In this document: positions 8,284 to 19,230 of the stretch, in pieces
Layout of the letters: the number at the start of each line of letters is the position of its first letter
Position numbering within the stretch: position 1 is the stretch's first letter
DNA from: Nitrosopumilus sp.
Lineage (GTDB): Archaea > Thermoproteota > Nitrososphaeria > Nitrososphaerales > Nitrosopumilaceae
NCBI GenBank assembly: GCA_965207445.1
Contig: CBDBLX010000002.1
Coordinates: forward strand, 320,001 to 384,000
DNA length: 64,000 nt
Direction: 5' to 3'
Notes under the pieces: generated by a model
Databases searched by the model: none
What the model was told of the DNA's origin: nothing
Seen by the model: only the letters and a program-made list of their open reading frames with translations
Translations under genes and position numbers: made by a program

Positions 8284-10293
8284 ATGGTACGCCTAAACAG
8301 CCTAACTTGTTCGGGGCTATTTTCATACGCGTCTGAATCCACTATAGACTTCTCAGAACACGTTGTGATTGTTGGCCCAAACAATGCAGGCAAATCGAAT
8401 CTGTTCAGGGTCATACAAGTTTTGTCCGACACCCTTTCTGGCATCAAGGATAATCTCTCAGGCTCTGAAACATCACCATGTGCAAGTGATCCCTATGTCG
8501 AGGCGGAGGTTCAGCTGTCTTTCGATGAATGCCAAATTCTTTCAGAGTTTTTTGCGTACCATCTCATAGATCACGGAGGCGGAGGTAATGTTGAGTTACG
8601 CATACAGTCGTTGCCTGACCAATCTAAAATCTCGCATTTTTTTGACAGTATAAAAATACGAATCAAATGGGAAAAAACCCCGGAGAATCTGGCAGTCAAT
8701 CCGTATATACATATCCAGTTTTTGAAATGCGGATTCAAATTGAGTGGTTCATTAAGTGGAGGCATATTCACAGCTCAGCAGGATGAATCGACGCTTCAAT
8801 CAGAAACAATTACCATACCATTTAATAAATTCTTGATTCAGATTTTTTCAAACAGTGATAATCCCGAGAAGGGCGCCGCATCGTTTTTTACAGACAAAAT
8901 TGCGATTCATAAACCTGTTTCCTTTTCATCTAACATCATTAACAAGCTTTCTGAGGAGGAAAAAGTGAGAGTTCGAGATTTATTATACCAGCTGCAACAG
9001 AAAATAAACTGCGATACATTCAGTCTATCTCGCGTATTTGGGGCAATACTATCAGAGGGAATTGTTTATGCTTCGGAAAATAGAAATTTGCTGCGTAAGC
9101 CATACATAGAACTATTTAAGAAGATATACGCCGAAGATAATAATGATAAGAATGCAAATGAATACAACAAAATGTTGGAAACATCTATTCTGTATGTGAG
9201 TATGGAATACACCACGACGCTAGAGCATGATGGCAGTAACATAGCACAGCTTCTTTTTAGCTTGAAAAACTCTCCTCATCTCTCCGACAAAAATAGATTT
9301 CAAACCATCCAGAAGGAGTTTAAAAATATATTCCACAGCCAGAATCTGGGTGTAGATGTCAGTTTACAGTATGCATCAAGACGCAGAACCCGGTTTGGGT
9401 CATACAACAACATTCCAATCTTTCCTGAAATCTATATCACGGAATCAGGACTGCCAGAACACATACCACTGGATCAGGTTGGTGGAGGAGTTCGCGGAGT
9501 ACTCTATCTGCTGACAGCAGTACACGGAGTTAAGAACTCTATAGTGTTACTAGATGAGCCCGGTATCAACCTTCATCCATCAATGCTTAAAGCGGTTGTT
9601 AGTACGATCAAGTCATCAAATACCAACAATCAGTTCTTCATTATCACTCATTCTCCAGAGCTTTTATCTAACGAGATGTTTGATGAGGGCAACGACGTAG
9701 TTTACATCAAAAAGATGAATAATCAGAGTGGAATTTATAGTTTGGATAATGAGACCAAAAAAGAATTCATAACCGAGCGACGTAGACTCCGACACCAGAT
9801 TGACCAGAGAATATTTTTTGCTAATCTCGTAATTTTGACGGAGGGTGAATCCGACCGGAACTTACTAGAAATAACAAACGATTTGGCAAATAATGATTCC
9901 AAGTATGATTTGTCGCTAAAGGATATAATAATAATTAGTGTGAACAGCAAATACAATTTTCCAAAATATGTCAGGTTGTTAAAAGCATTTGAAATACCTT
10001 ATATAATCTTGGCCGATTGTGATGCAAAAACAGACATATTTCAAAACGAGCCGACGGGAGAGATTTCCGCAAACGAGATAAAATCAAATGGGTGTATTTT
10101 TCTAATCAATCATGATCTTGAAAACCTAATGAAAGAAACTGACCAGCGCATATTCAAACAAGTCAACAAAGGTAAAAAATCCAAGGTGGTGGTGGTATTG
10201 GAGTTTTGCAAGCTAATGCGCGAAAAAGATCCAGAAAAACCCATTCTTGAGCCCATTGTAAAGTTTTTGGATCATTGTGTAAGTAAAGTGTAA
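8284..10293 (+). CDS. OLD-family ATP-dependent nuclease (ABC ATPase plus TOPRIM)
   Basis: Walker A GPNNAGKS, signature VGGG, Walker B LLDEPGINLHP, ITHS switch; TOPRIM motifs VILTEGESD and ILADCD. Confidence 0.85.
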   Translation: MVRLNSLTCSGLFSYASESTIDFSEHVVIVGPNNAGKSNLFRVIQVLSDTLSGIKDNLSGSETSPCASDPYVEAEVQLSFDECQILSEFFAYHLIDHGGGGNVELRIQSLPDQSKISHFFDSIKIRIKWEKTPENLAVNPYIHIQFLKCGFKLSGSLSGGIFTAQQDESTLQSETITIPFNKFLIQIFSNSDNPEKGAASFFTDKIAIHKPVSFSSNIINKLSEEEKVRVRDLLYQLQQKINCDTFSLSRVFGAILSEGIVYASENRNLLRKPYIELFKKIYAEDNNDKNANEYNKMLETSILYVSMEYTTTLEHDGSNIAQLLFSLKNSPHLSDKNRFQTIQKEFKNIFHSQNLGVDVSLQYASRRRTRFGSYNNIPIFPEIYITESGLPEHIPLDQVGGGVRGVLYLLTAVHGVKNSIVLLDEPGINLHPSMLKAVVSTIKSSNTNNQFFIITHSPELLSNEMFDEGNDVVYIKKMNNQSGIYSLDNETKKEFITERRRLRHQIDQRIFFANLVILTEGESDRNLLEITNDLANNDSKYDLSLKDIIIISVNSKYNFPKYVRLLKAFEIPYIILADCDAKTDIFQNEPTGEISANEIKSNGCIFLINHDLENLMKETDQRIFKQVNKGKKSKVVVVLEFCKLMREKDPEKPILEPIVKFLDHCVSKV

Positions 10294-10613
10294 GGATCGT
10301 GGAAGTATTAGATTGTCGGGACAGGCTGCTTACGTGTACGGTACAAAAGAGAAGGCAAGCGTTCACACTCCTCCTCCTAGCTATAGCGACGAGCATAAGT
10401 TCCTGTACAATGAATTTTTGTGATTTCGTGTCTGAAATAACCACATCAGTAGTTCAGAATGTGCTCAATTTTTAATGATCTTATTTTTAATTATACAGTG
10501 CGGCAGATTTACAATGGCAAGGAACCACTGTGCTCTAATTCCCACCAAAGCAGTCTTCTGATTGATCCGGCAATTGAATCCATAAATAATCCATTATGAA
10601 TAATTTTCCACCT

Positions 10614-12298
10614 CAGTAGTTCAAAAAGTGACGGTGTCACAAAGGGCCGAACGCATTAAAAATCTGCAGACGATCAATCTTTTTCAGACTCATATCATGC
10701 AATAGTGCATGGCATGGACAATTGTTTCTATGTATTGGCAGTTGGTCACAATTGTACGGCCCTAGATGCAAATGCTCAAAAAAACTTTACTAAAAGGGCA
10801 ACATTTATTGCTAAGCGCGCATATAAATGGCGGGTACGTAACTAAAGTAATGAAACAAAAGAAACGCATCTAACAACACAAGATCGCATCGGACGTATTT
10901 AACAGAGGGGCCCGAAACTTTTGACAGTGTTGCCACCGTCGTTTTATGCGGACCCTAATGCAGTGTATGGCACAGATGAGATTATGCGATATGTGTTTAT
11001 GATGTGTGCTGAAAATGCCAGCCATGAGGGCATATCGCAGATATGCAAAGACGAGATTGATCTTGCCAGGGTTCCGACCGGAGCAACGCTTCTCAACAGG
11101 GTAGGTGGCTCGTCTTATTCTGACACGCACGAATCGTGTGACAGGATGATAGACGTCACATTGGAAGAACCGCGCAATCGGGGATTGTTCAGAAAGCCCG
11201 TGATTACTGCCACAGACGATCATGACGTACCGGTTCATTTTGAAAAGGTTGATGACGAGTATATGACAGCAGGCAAACCAAAGGGCGGAACCAGCAAGAT
11301 GCTACGATATACCACGGTGCAGATTGTGGGACGTTCAACCAGTTTTATATTGGCCGTGCATCCCACGGGAAAAAACCATGCAAAAGAGGCGATTGTAGGC
11401 ACACAAATTAGACAGATACGCGATGCCGGAGTTGTATCAAAAACACATTTGCTTGACAAGGGGTTTTACAAAGTTGAGGTCATAAAAATACTGGATGCCG
11501 AAAGGCGGCAGTATGTAATGCCTGCAAGATGGAGCAAAAAAATCGACGATATTGTAGGCCGCATATGATGCAAAAGAGGGACTGGGCGTGTTACCGTACG
11601 AGATCAGAGGTGGTGGCAAATCTGTAATGACGACGCTTGTAATCGTAAAAAGAAAGGGTGTGAAAAAGAGTACTCCTCTGCGAAAAAAATATCTGGTATT
11701 TGTAACCAACGCAGACAGACACAGAGCCAAAAGCATACTTGCAAACATACCAAAGATATACAAAAAACGCTGGGGAATAGAAACTAGATACAGGTGCGCA
11801 AAGCAGTGCAGGCCATTCACATGTAGCAGAAACCCGTCTGTCAGACTGATACTGTTTTACTTTACCATGATCATATATAACGCATGGAACATGATAAACT
11901 GGTTCATACGCAAAGAGATTCCCGACAGCTCTAATGTGCGTTCTCCACTGACGCTATACCGGATGCTTGAAAAAATCTACGACACGTACAAGAAAATGAT
12001 ACTCAGAAACGTCGCCGCGAGCCAGTTCTTTTTAGAAGACATCGGGTGATGTCCTACTTCAAAAATACCGCAAGCACAATACAAAATACAACGTGCCAAA
12101 TCACAGGAAGATAAAAACCGGGCCCCGCCTGCGCACGTCATGTTGTGGCGCGCCGAACCGGGCTTGCAAACCCGCCTGATCAGCTATACGACACATGTGT
12201 TTTCTACCTCGCAATCGTGTCACTGACCTGACACGCGACACGTAGTGACAATGTACCCGAATCCGGACTCAAACACTGCTTTACTTTTTGAACTACTG
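10614..12298 (+). mobile_element. ISH3/IS4-like insertion sequence
   Basis: TIR CAGTAGTTCAAAAAGT / ACTTTTTGAACTACTG. An extra left-end-like CAGTAGTTCAGAATGT lies at 10447. No target duplication. Confidence 0.8.
10921..12049 (+). pseudogene. ISH3-family transposase, frameshifted near 11560
   Basis: Two ORFs (10921-11568 and 11588-12049) with ATDDHD, LLDKGFY and YKKRWGIETRYR motifs. Confidence 0.8.
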
Positions 12299-12435
12299 AT
12301 ATGCAAAAAACAATTCAAGATGTCAGAAATGGAGGCAGACCACAAAGTCCCTTGAAGTAGGGGGGTGGCCGCACGACGCAAGATAACTGTCAGATGCTAT
12401 GCAGGAATGACAATCGTGAAAAGTCTGGAAAATAG
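12299..12435 (+). pseudogene. C-terminal remnant of an HNH endonuclease, cut by the ISH3-like element
   Basis: Hand translation ICKKQFKMSEMEADHKVP*SRG / GRTTQDNCQMLCRNDNREKSGK*. This is the HNH pattern DH..PWS.GG.T...NCQ.LC...N..K with a stop at the W and a frameshift in a G run. Confidence 0.75.
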
Positions 12436-12479
12436 GAAATCTGTCAGGCTAGCCAATCTATTAACCGAATTGCGCGAGC

Positions 12480-12803
12480 CTACTGCATCTTCTGGTCTCC
12501 GACCTTGTAGTCTATGAGGGCACATATGTACACGGGATTATAGCACCATTTAAAGCGCTCGTCTCGGTTGATGTACCTCTCGCTTCTGGCATCGTCCTTC
12601 ATGAGATTCCACATCCTTCTGAAATCCTTCTCCTTTCTTATGGGCCTCGGTTCTCCAGAGGATTCAGGTGTGGCGATTACAATATCGGAGCCTGACATTA
12701 CGGCCTTGAACGGCTTGCTCTGATTTAGCGTCCTGAAATAGCTGTTGTGCTTTAAGCACTCCTGCAACAGTTGCCAGAACTTATCAAAGTCCATTACCCC
12801 CAT
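12480..12803 (-). CDS. Hypothetical protein
   Basis: Protein-like ORF (MDFDKFWQLLQ...) with ATG at 12803 or 12794. No family recognised. Confidence 0.55.
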   Translation of the reverse strand: MGVMDFDKFWQLLQECLKHNSYFRTLNQSKPFKAVMSGSDIVIATPESSGEPRPIRKEKDFRRMWNLMKDDARSERYINRDERFKWCYNPVYICALIDYKVGDQKMQ

Positions 12804-12898
12804 CTGTGATGCTGCGGTTAAAATACCTTGTGAACTACATTTCAGAGAAGATCGTGAATCACGCCTGTGTGTGTAGACCACCCGAATTGGAAGCAGTG

Positions 12899-12955
12899 CC
12901 CCGATAGGTCACCGTTTTGACAGCCAGTCACAGGTCACCAGTTCTTGACAGTTCC
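12899..12955 (-). repeat. Single inverted copy of the IS-end-like core of the 104-bp tandem repeat at 30132-30448
   Basis: Reverse complement reads GGAACTGTCAAGAACTGGTGACCTGTGAC..CTGTCAAAACGGTGACCT.TCGGGG. Confidence 0.8.
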
Positions 12956-13081
12956 GCTTTGAAATACCATATGCAATACTCGCATTTCATACTATGCAGT
13001 GGTTCGCAGGTCGGACCTTTCTAGCTTGGGCATCAAAGTCTATACCTAGAGATCCATCACACAAAGACATGACTCCCAGTA

Positions 13082-15208
13082 GTAACAGTTCAACCCCTAT
13101 TTTGTAAGTAGTCATGCAGATACAGCAATAGCGATCACCGATCATTACTGTGATCGAATTTACGTAAATCTAAATGATAAACACGACGATATGTGAGAAA
13201 GTGCTCAAAATGTTGAAAACACGTTTGATTATTTTTTGCATCTAGGCAGGAAATTACTCAACTAATTGACCTGTGGTCAGCTTTTGACATTGCGGCCTGT
13301 TAAATACATATTTTTCTACTTATCATTGTACTCGAAAATGATAAGTAGAAAATCTATTGATATTGTATTGCAAAAACAGTATTTAGACTATTTTAACCAC
13401 AATAATGAAAATTTACATAATTGTGTACATGGTGTACGCAAACACAGTTGTGCGGTGGGTAGCAAAATCATCAGAGGTGGTGTGTTGCAATGATCTCAGA
13501 GATGGCCACACTGCGCAAAGAAATTCATACATTGCACTCACAGTTGGATTCTGCAAATGATACGATACGCAACAATTCTGCTGAATTAGAGAAGAGTCAT
13601 CTAGAGACGGCTACTGCGCGAGCAGAGATTGCGGTATTAGAAGAGAAATACTCCAAAATGTCTGCCAAAAACAAGCAGCTTGAGGATACAATAAAGCAAC
13701 AGCAACAGCAACACAATTGCAGTCAGGAATGTATAGTTTTAAGAGAAGAGAATGTACAACTAAAACAACAACTCCAACAAAAAACCAGACAACACCACCG
13801 TGTTGATAATGCCCACACACCTCCCTCTGCAGGAAGTGACTCACAAAATAAACTCAAAAATTACAGACGCGAACATGCAGAACGCTGTTACTTGGAATAT
13901 GGAATAGTTATGGAAGCCATTACTAATTCTAACAATTATGTACTCGAAAATGAAATTGCACATGAAACCAACGACAAAGCGGTTAGAAAAGGAGTCAGTC
14001 TAATCCTGTATGGGTTAGAAGATAAGACAAAAGGAAAAAAATGGAATGAAGATGAGGAGGAGAAAACAACAATATACAACATGGACGTCACAGAGGAAAT
14101 TGACTGTACAGTAGACAAATGCCCTGAATGTGGTGCAGATGTAGATGTTAAACACGAATGCAAGATGGTAATAGACACTCCAGTAATAGTCAAAGCCACA
14201 AAAAAACAGATTAAATCATCAAAAGGCAAGTGCAAAAACAACCACAAAATAAACACCATGCCCAAAGGATATACCAAAGGCTCAATGTTTGGCCCCAATC
14301 TCATGACCATGATCGTATTCATGTTCTTTACAACACTCAGTCTAAACTCCATATCACACATGCTAACGCTAGTCGGCGTTCCAAAGGTCTCAAAGGTGAC
14401 CATAATGAACGCTCTTACAGCAGTAGCAAGAGAAAAGTTTGCAGCAACTGCAAAACAGATCTCAAAAAATCTTGCAAAAACAAGATATTTGATGGGTGAT
14501 GAAACGCCAGTCAAAATAGGCATAAAACGTGGCTATGCGTGGGTGTTCATAGGCGAATATGGCATCAGTTTTGTCATTACTCGCTCACGTGGTGCGGCTG
14601 TATTAGATATACACTGTCCGTTATTTGACATTCCAATCGTGGTGGATGGATACGCCGCATACAACAAATTCAAAACCAAACAGCGCTGCTGGGCGCATGT
14701 TTTACGCGATGCCGAACTGCTGGCAGCCATGCAAGGCGGCAATCTCGTAGAATTACACCAAAAACTCCAACACATATTTCACGAGGCCAAACAGCTACCC
14801 CCAGACACCACAGATCAACAACTGCAAGACAACTGGATAGATCCCGTCATGGCAATTGCAGGCACATATACAGAACTAGGATATTCGTTTGGTGGCAAAC
14901 TGCTCAATGCGGCGCCAGACCTGTTTACATTTGTCAAATATCCGGGCATGCCACCTACCAACAACAAATCCGAACGAACACTGCGGCGCGTCGTAATTCA
15001 CAAAAAGATTCGTCAGATGTTTCGCAGTACAACAGGAATGGAAGTTTATGGTATATTGATGTCATGTATGATGACGTGGTATGATCAGGACAAGGATCTT
15101 GTAAAGAACATCCATAACACCATCATGGCAAGCTAAATCATTCACCAAACTTCATCGCATAGCAGTAGATGTGTGTTGAGGTGTACAGGTAGGGGGTTTA
15201 ACTGTTAC
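13082..15208 (+). mobile_element. Intact single-ORF IS66-like element (ISBst12-like organisation)
   Basis: TIR GTAACAGTTCAACCCCT / GGGGGTTTAACTGTTAC. 9-bp target duplication CTCCCAGTA at 13073-13081 and 15209-15217. Confidence 0.9.
13490..15136 (+). CDS. IS66-family transposase
   Basis: N-terminal coiled coil, NAHTPPS, CPECG, GDET, VDGYAAY, QRCWAHVLR and PPTNNKSERTLR motifs. Confidence 0.9.
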   Translation: MISEMATLRKEIHTLHSQLDSANDTIRNNSAELEKSHLETATARAEIAVLEEKYSKMSAKNKQLEDTIKQQQQQHNCSQECIVLREENVQLKQQLQQKTRQHHRVDNAHTPPSAGSDSQNKLKNYRREHAERCYLEYGIVMEAITNSNNYVLENEIAHETNDKAVRKGVSLILYGLEDKTKGKKWNEDEEEKTTIYNMDVTEEIDCTVDKCPECGADVDVKHECKMVIDTPVIVKATKKQIKSSKGKCKNNHKINTMPKGYTKGSMFGPNLMTMIVFMFFTTLSLNSISHMLTLVGVPKVSKVTIMNALTAVAREKFAATAKQISKNLAKTRYLMGDETPVKIGIKRGYAWVFIGEYGISFVITRSRGAAVLDIHCPLFDIPIVVDGYAAYNKFKTKQRCWAHVLRDAELLAAMQGGNLVELHQKLQHIFHEAKQLPPDTTDQQLQDNWIDPVMAIAGTYTELGYSFGGKLLNAAPDLFTFVKYPGMPPTNNKSERTLRRVVIHKKIRQMFRSTTGMEVYGILMSCMMTWYDQDKDLVKNIHNTIMAS

Positions 15209-15269
15209 CTCCCAGTACGGGTTTATCCTAAAATAGACCTCATATCATACCGTATATGGGAATTCTGAT

Positions 15270-18200
15270 ATGGGGAAGACAGTCCGGAAGGATTTAGACG
15301 AATCAGTTAAAACACAAAACAATGACTCTGAACCTATGTCTCAAAACCCTGAAAAACCCATAGATTATTTTAGAGACAAAGCATTAGACACTAAAGATGA
15401 GGACAAATTCAAGCATCTACACTACGTCGAGGTCTTAAAAGATATTCTACTGAAATCAGAGACTCCAATTAATGTTGGACTATACGGGAAATGGGGAGTC
15501 GGAAAATCATCAATAGTCCACATGTTAAAAGAAACAATAACCACAGATGAAGAATTAAAAGAATTTAAATACGTTGAAATCGACGCTTGGGGCCTATCGA
15601 AAGCCTCATTACAGCAAGAAATACTGGAGGAAACCAATATTCAACTAGATGAGAAGGCCTACAAGCAGAACGAGATTGAAGATAAACTGTATAACGTACA
15701 ACAAGTGGACGCCTATAATCTTAGTACGCTAAAGAAATTTTGGTGGATAGGGATACCAGCTGGAATCGCAATCTTCTTAGCTCTTGATAATATTACAGAT
15801 CTTCCAACTAAAATTTCCACGATTAGCTTGTTATCAATTCTCGCATTTCTACTGTCGCTTACAAGGTTACTTTTGGGAACATCTAAACGAATCATTCCGA
15901 AAGCAACATCCTCTCTTAAATTCAAAGAAATTTATAGAAAAATTACCGACGAATCAGGGAAAAAAATCGTTGTAGTAATTGACAATCTTGATAGATGTAA
16001 TGATGAAGTTGCAGTTGAATTATTAGGATTGATTCAAACCTTCATGGTCAAAAAGAACTGCATAAACATTCTTACCTGTGACGACGAAGCCATTATCACG
16101 CATCTCCGAAACGTTAAAGGTGAACAGTACACGGACAAGGACGGAAATGAATTTCTAAGCAAATTCTTTCAGGTAACATTGAGAATACCTCCGTTTATCG
16201 GAGAGAATTTAGAACGATACACAGAAGATCTAATGAAAAGAAGAAGTGTTCACTTTAAGCGCTTTGTACGTCAAGTATTAATCTCAGGTGCAGTTGAGAA
16301 CCCCCGAAAAATCAACCAGTTTTTGAATAACACCGTAGCATTATACCGTCTTGCAGAGCTTAAAGAAAACGATCACAAACTTCCAAAAGGCGTAATAACC
16401 GAACACACAGATTTTTTGACAAAAATAATTATAATTCGACATGAATGGCCTGAGTTCTATAAGGAAATCGAAGAACACCCGGATATTTTCAATAACAATG
16501 ATCATATTAAATGGTTACGCGCTAGGAAAGAGAAAAACACGAACAACAATAATGAAAAGGAAAACCCTTCGCTTCACGCGCTAGAAAAATTTCTAAACAG
16601 AACTCAAATGTCTCATGTAGACGATGTCATCCCATTTCTGCGACTGAATCAAGAGTCATATGCTGCCGAATCTGGAATGGATGAGTTTGGGACCGCTGTT
16701 GCCACATTGGATTCAGAATCTGAAAAGCTATTTGTAAACTCCAAAAACCAGAATCAGTATTTAAAGAAGATTGAGTATCTTATGGAGGAAAGTGCAGAGA
16801 AAAATGATCCGCTGACTCTAGTTAACTGTTCTCTTTCTTTAATTGGTATTCTGAAACATGTTGAAAATATCGAAGATCGTGAATTTGCATTGGCAACTCT
16901 TGGAAGGCACCTGTCTAATTCCCTCTTAAATGAATGGGATAAATTTGATCTTGACAGATACAACATGGTTGAACATCTTGAAGAAATGCCCCGTCATCTT
17001 TCTACCAAATTTTATGAAAGATTAATTCATGAAACTTTTCCTGGTGAAGTAATAAATGACAAGATATTATTTCAATTTATGAAGAATGGAGAGCAAATTT
17101 CTACCTATATTATGGATATGGTGGATGATGCATTCAGTAAATCGATTTCCAACAATGTAGACAATATGGAATTTTTAATCGAATGCTGTGTGAAATACCG
17201 TTGGAGTCAAAACAATGTCTCTAAACCCTCAAAAGCAATATCTGTCATAATAGGCCACATCACCTTTGGTTTCGAAAGCGATGATTCCTCATACAGAACC
17301 GTATATGAAAAAATTAAAGGAGATATACATAGCTCAGAGAGAGGAAGATTTCTTGAAAAAGTAAGATCGGCTATCCTAGAGTTTACGAACCGCGATCAGG
17401 CATTCCCTGCATCATTAATGACTGCAATAAAAGAGATACCAGAGAATATTGATGAAAATATCCAACAAAAAGAAAGCATCTTCAAAACTCTGCCAGACTC
17501 GATAAAAGAAACTACAGACCGAGAACAGTCAGAAGCATTATTTGGCATCATAATTAATCTAGCAGAAAAATTTGAACAATCAGACGATGTTTCTGTCGAT
17601 GTAAACGAATCGCTAGAACGTGCAGTTGTTGCATACTTGAGCGGTGCAGATCATGATGCAATATTGAATCTCCTCAATGAAAACAATCCCAGAAAACAGG
17701 AATTTCTAAAATCAAAAGCAATTTCGGCTGCACTAGTTGAACGATTCATTGCAATTGGTCCACATAACGCGGAAATTTTGAGGTATTTACTATGGAATAC
17801 TCCATTTGAGTTGCAAGACAGCGTTGCGGAAAGATTAAACGGGCTAATATTGTCAAAAGATCCCGACCAGTATTCTACACTACTCAAAGTAGCCCAAGAA
17901 TTAGACAAGGACTTTAACTATTCTATTATTGACTCAATTAGAGAAACCTGCAAAAAAGTAGCATCTGAAGAGGATTCCGAACAACGGATATTCTACCAAT
18001 ATGTGTTAAAACTGAAACCTTCGTCCAATGATATTCGAGAAATTATTAGATACTCAGAGCGCTTGATTGTAGACCCAGATGCCGCAAAACAAGACGAGGG
18101 CTTGGAGTTACTACAACTAGTAAATTCCGCCAAGGAACCTCCGGGCACCCATGGAATTGTAAAAGCTATAGATCAATCAATTGTATTTTTGCAGAGTGAT

Positions 18201-18533
18201 TCAGCTCGGGTGGATAATTACCTATCATTTATTTTCCAAAATCCTGACCGATGGTCTTCCTCACACCATATAAAATTAAAAGATCTCTTTAGGGAAGGCT
18301 TGAAGCCTGAACGGTCAGAGCAAATTCTTAATATCATACTTTTATATCTTAATGCAGCTCAGGAAAGAATGATCCCATATATTTTAGATGAATTAATTGC
18401 ATGCGCACAACAAACTCCTCATGGTAATCCAAAAGAGCAAATTAAGCAAGTCTTGATCAGCAACAAATCTGCATTGGGATGGAGACAAAAGAATATAATC
18501 AAAGAAATTTATGGAGATCTCGATCTAGAGTAA
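15270..18533 (+). CDS. KAP-family P-loop NTPase with long helical C-terminal region
   Basis: GLYGKWGVGKS Walker A, DAW, two TM helices inside the NTPase, VVVIDNLDRC Walker B, FLSKFFQV and NPRKINQF. Confidence 0.9.
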   Translation: MGKTVRKDLDESVKTQNNDSEPMSQNPEKPIDYFRDKALDTKDEDKFKHLHYVEVLKDILLKSETPINVGLYGKWGVGKSSIVHMLKETITTDEELKEFKYVEIDAWGLSKASLQQEILEETNIQLDEKAYKQNEIEDKLYNVQQVDAYNLSTLKKFWWIGIPAGIAIFLALDNITDLPTKISTISLLSILAFLLSLTRLLLGTSKRIIPKATSSLKFKEIYRKITDESGKKIVVVIDNLDRCNDEVAVELLGLIQTFMVKKNCINILTCDDEAIITHLRNVKGEQYTDKDGNEFLSKFFQVTLRIPPFIGENLERYTEDLMKRRSVHFKRFVRQVLISGAVENPRKINQFLNNTVALYRLAELKENDHKLPKGVITEHTDFLTKIIIIRHEWPEFYKEIEEHPDIFNNNDHIKWLRARKEKNTNNNNEKENPSLHALEKFLNRTQMSHVDDVIPFLRLNQESYAAESGMDEFGTAVATLDSESEKLFVNSKNQNQYLKKIEYLMEESAEKNDPLTLVNCSLSLIGILKHVENIEDREFALATLGRHLSNSLLNEWDKFDLDRYNMVEHLEEMPRHLSTKFYERLIHETFPGEVINDKILFQFMKNGEQISTYIMDMVDDAFSKSISNNVDNMEFLIECCVKYRWSQNNVSKPSKAISVIIGHITFGFESDDSSYRTVYEKIKGDIHSSERGRFLEKVRSAILEFTNRDQAFPASLMTAIKEIPENIDENIQQKESIFKTLPDSIKETTDREQSEALFGIIINLAEKFEQSDDVSVDVNESLERAVVAYLSGADHDAILNLLNENNPRKQEFLKSKAISAALVERFIAIGPHNAEILRYLLWNTPFELQDSVAERLNGLILSKDPDQYSTLLKVAQELDKDFNYSIIDSIRETCKKVASEEDSEQRIFYQYVLKLKPSSNDIREIIRYSERLIVDPDAAKQDEGLELLQLVNSAKEPPGTHGIVKAIDQSIVFLQSDSARVDNYLSFIFQNPDRWSSSHHIKLKDLFREGLKPERSEQILNIILLYLNAAQERMIPYILDELIACAQQTPHGNPKEQIKQVLISNKSALGWRQKNIIKEIYGDLDLE

Positions 18534-18572
18534 CGCTCATTGAAAATTTCATCTTATGATGGACAATCGCAG

Positions 18573-18767
18573 GGTTCTCTTGCAAACGCGGTTGATCGTA
18601 ACTATTTTACTTTTTGAAGCGCACACACAAGGTAAAAAATCATGCACATTTTTCTGATCATAGCGATCTCAGCATTATATATATGAAATAATTGGCAATG
18701 ATAATGCGCAGTTGATTAAAATACACAGATGGGACAAATGATTCTGTAGTTTTAGCCGGGTTTGCAT
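18573..18767. mobile_element. Fused IS remnants: IS6-type TIR (18573-18597) plus terminal ~170 bp of the IS66-like family seen at 39235
   Basis: GGTTCTCTTGCAAACGCGGTTGATC directly followed by GTAACTATTTTACTTTTTGAAG..., which aligns with 39235-39410. Confidence 0.8.
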
Positions 18768-19194
18768 GTTTTACAACGGCACAACCCAAAGAAACCTTGT
18801 CTATAAAACAACCAAGCGATGACTATAGTCCAAACATGTGCTCAATATAATTACCGTAGGGCATAAAATGATCATAATGTGTAGCGCATCTTTAATGCTC
18901 AAAAGCATGTCACGCAAACAAGAAAATGTACCAATGCAAGCTAACAGATGAAAAAATAAATCAGAAATAATGGTATGCAAACACACTACATCCTGACAGC
19001 TACCATCTAGTACAAGCTATAAACTATCTTGTACCATAACAGTATGGACACGAAATGCAACGACGAACATCACTACACCATACCCACACATGGAGAATTA
19101 CATAATAGATGTTCAACTCACACACCAGACCAAAATTATCATAACAAATATTCATTTAGCATCAAATCATACACCGGATCAATTGTTCATCACG

Positions 19195-19202
19195 CTTATA
19201 AG
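19195..19202 (+). promoter_or_regulatory. Probable TATA box of the S-layer gene
   Basis: CTTATAAG about 30 nt upstream of ATG 19231. Confidence 0.5.
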
Positions 19203-19230
19203 GAAATTTCCGTGAAAAATCAATAATAAC

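Noticed and set aside
8284..10293. Gabija system
   Set aside because: No UvrD-like GajB gene follows the OLD nuclease.
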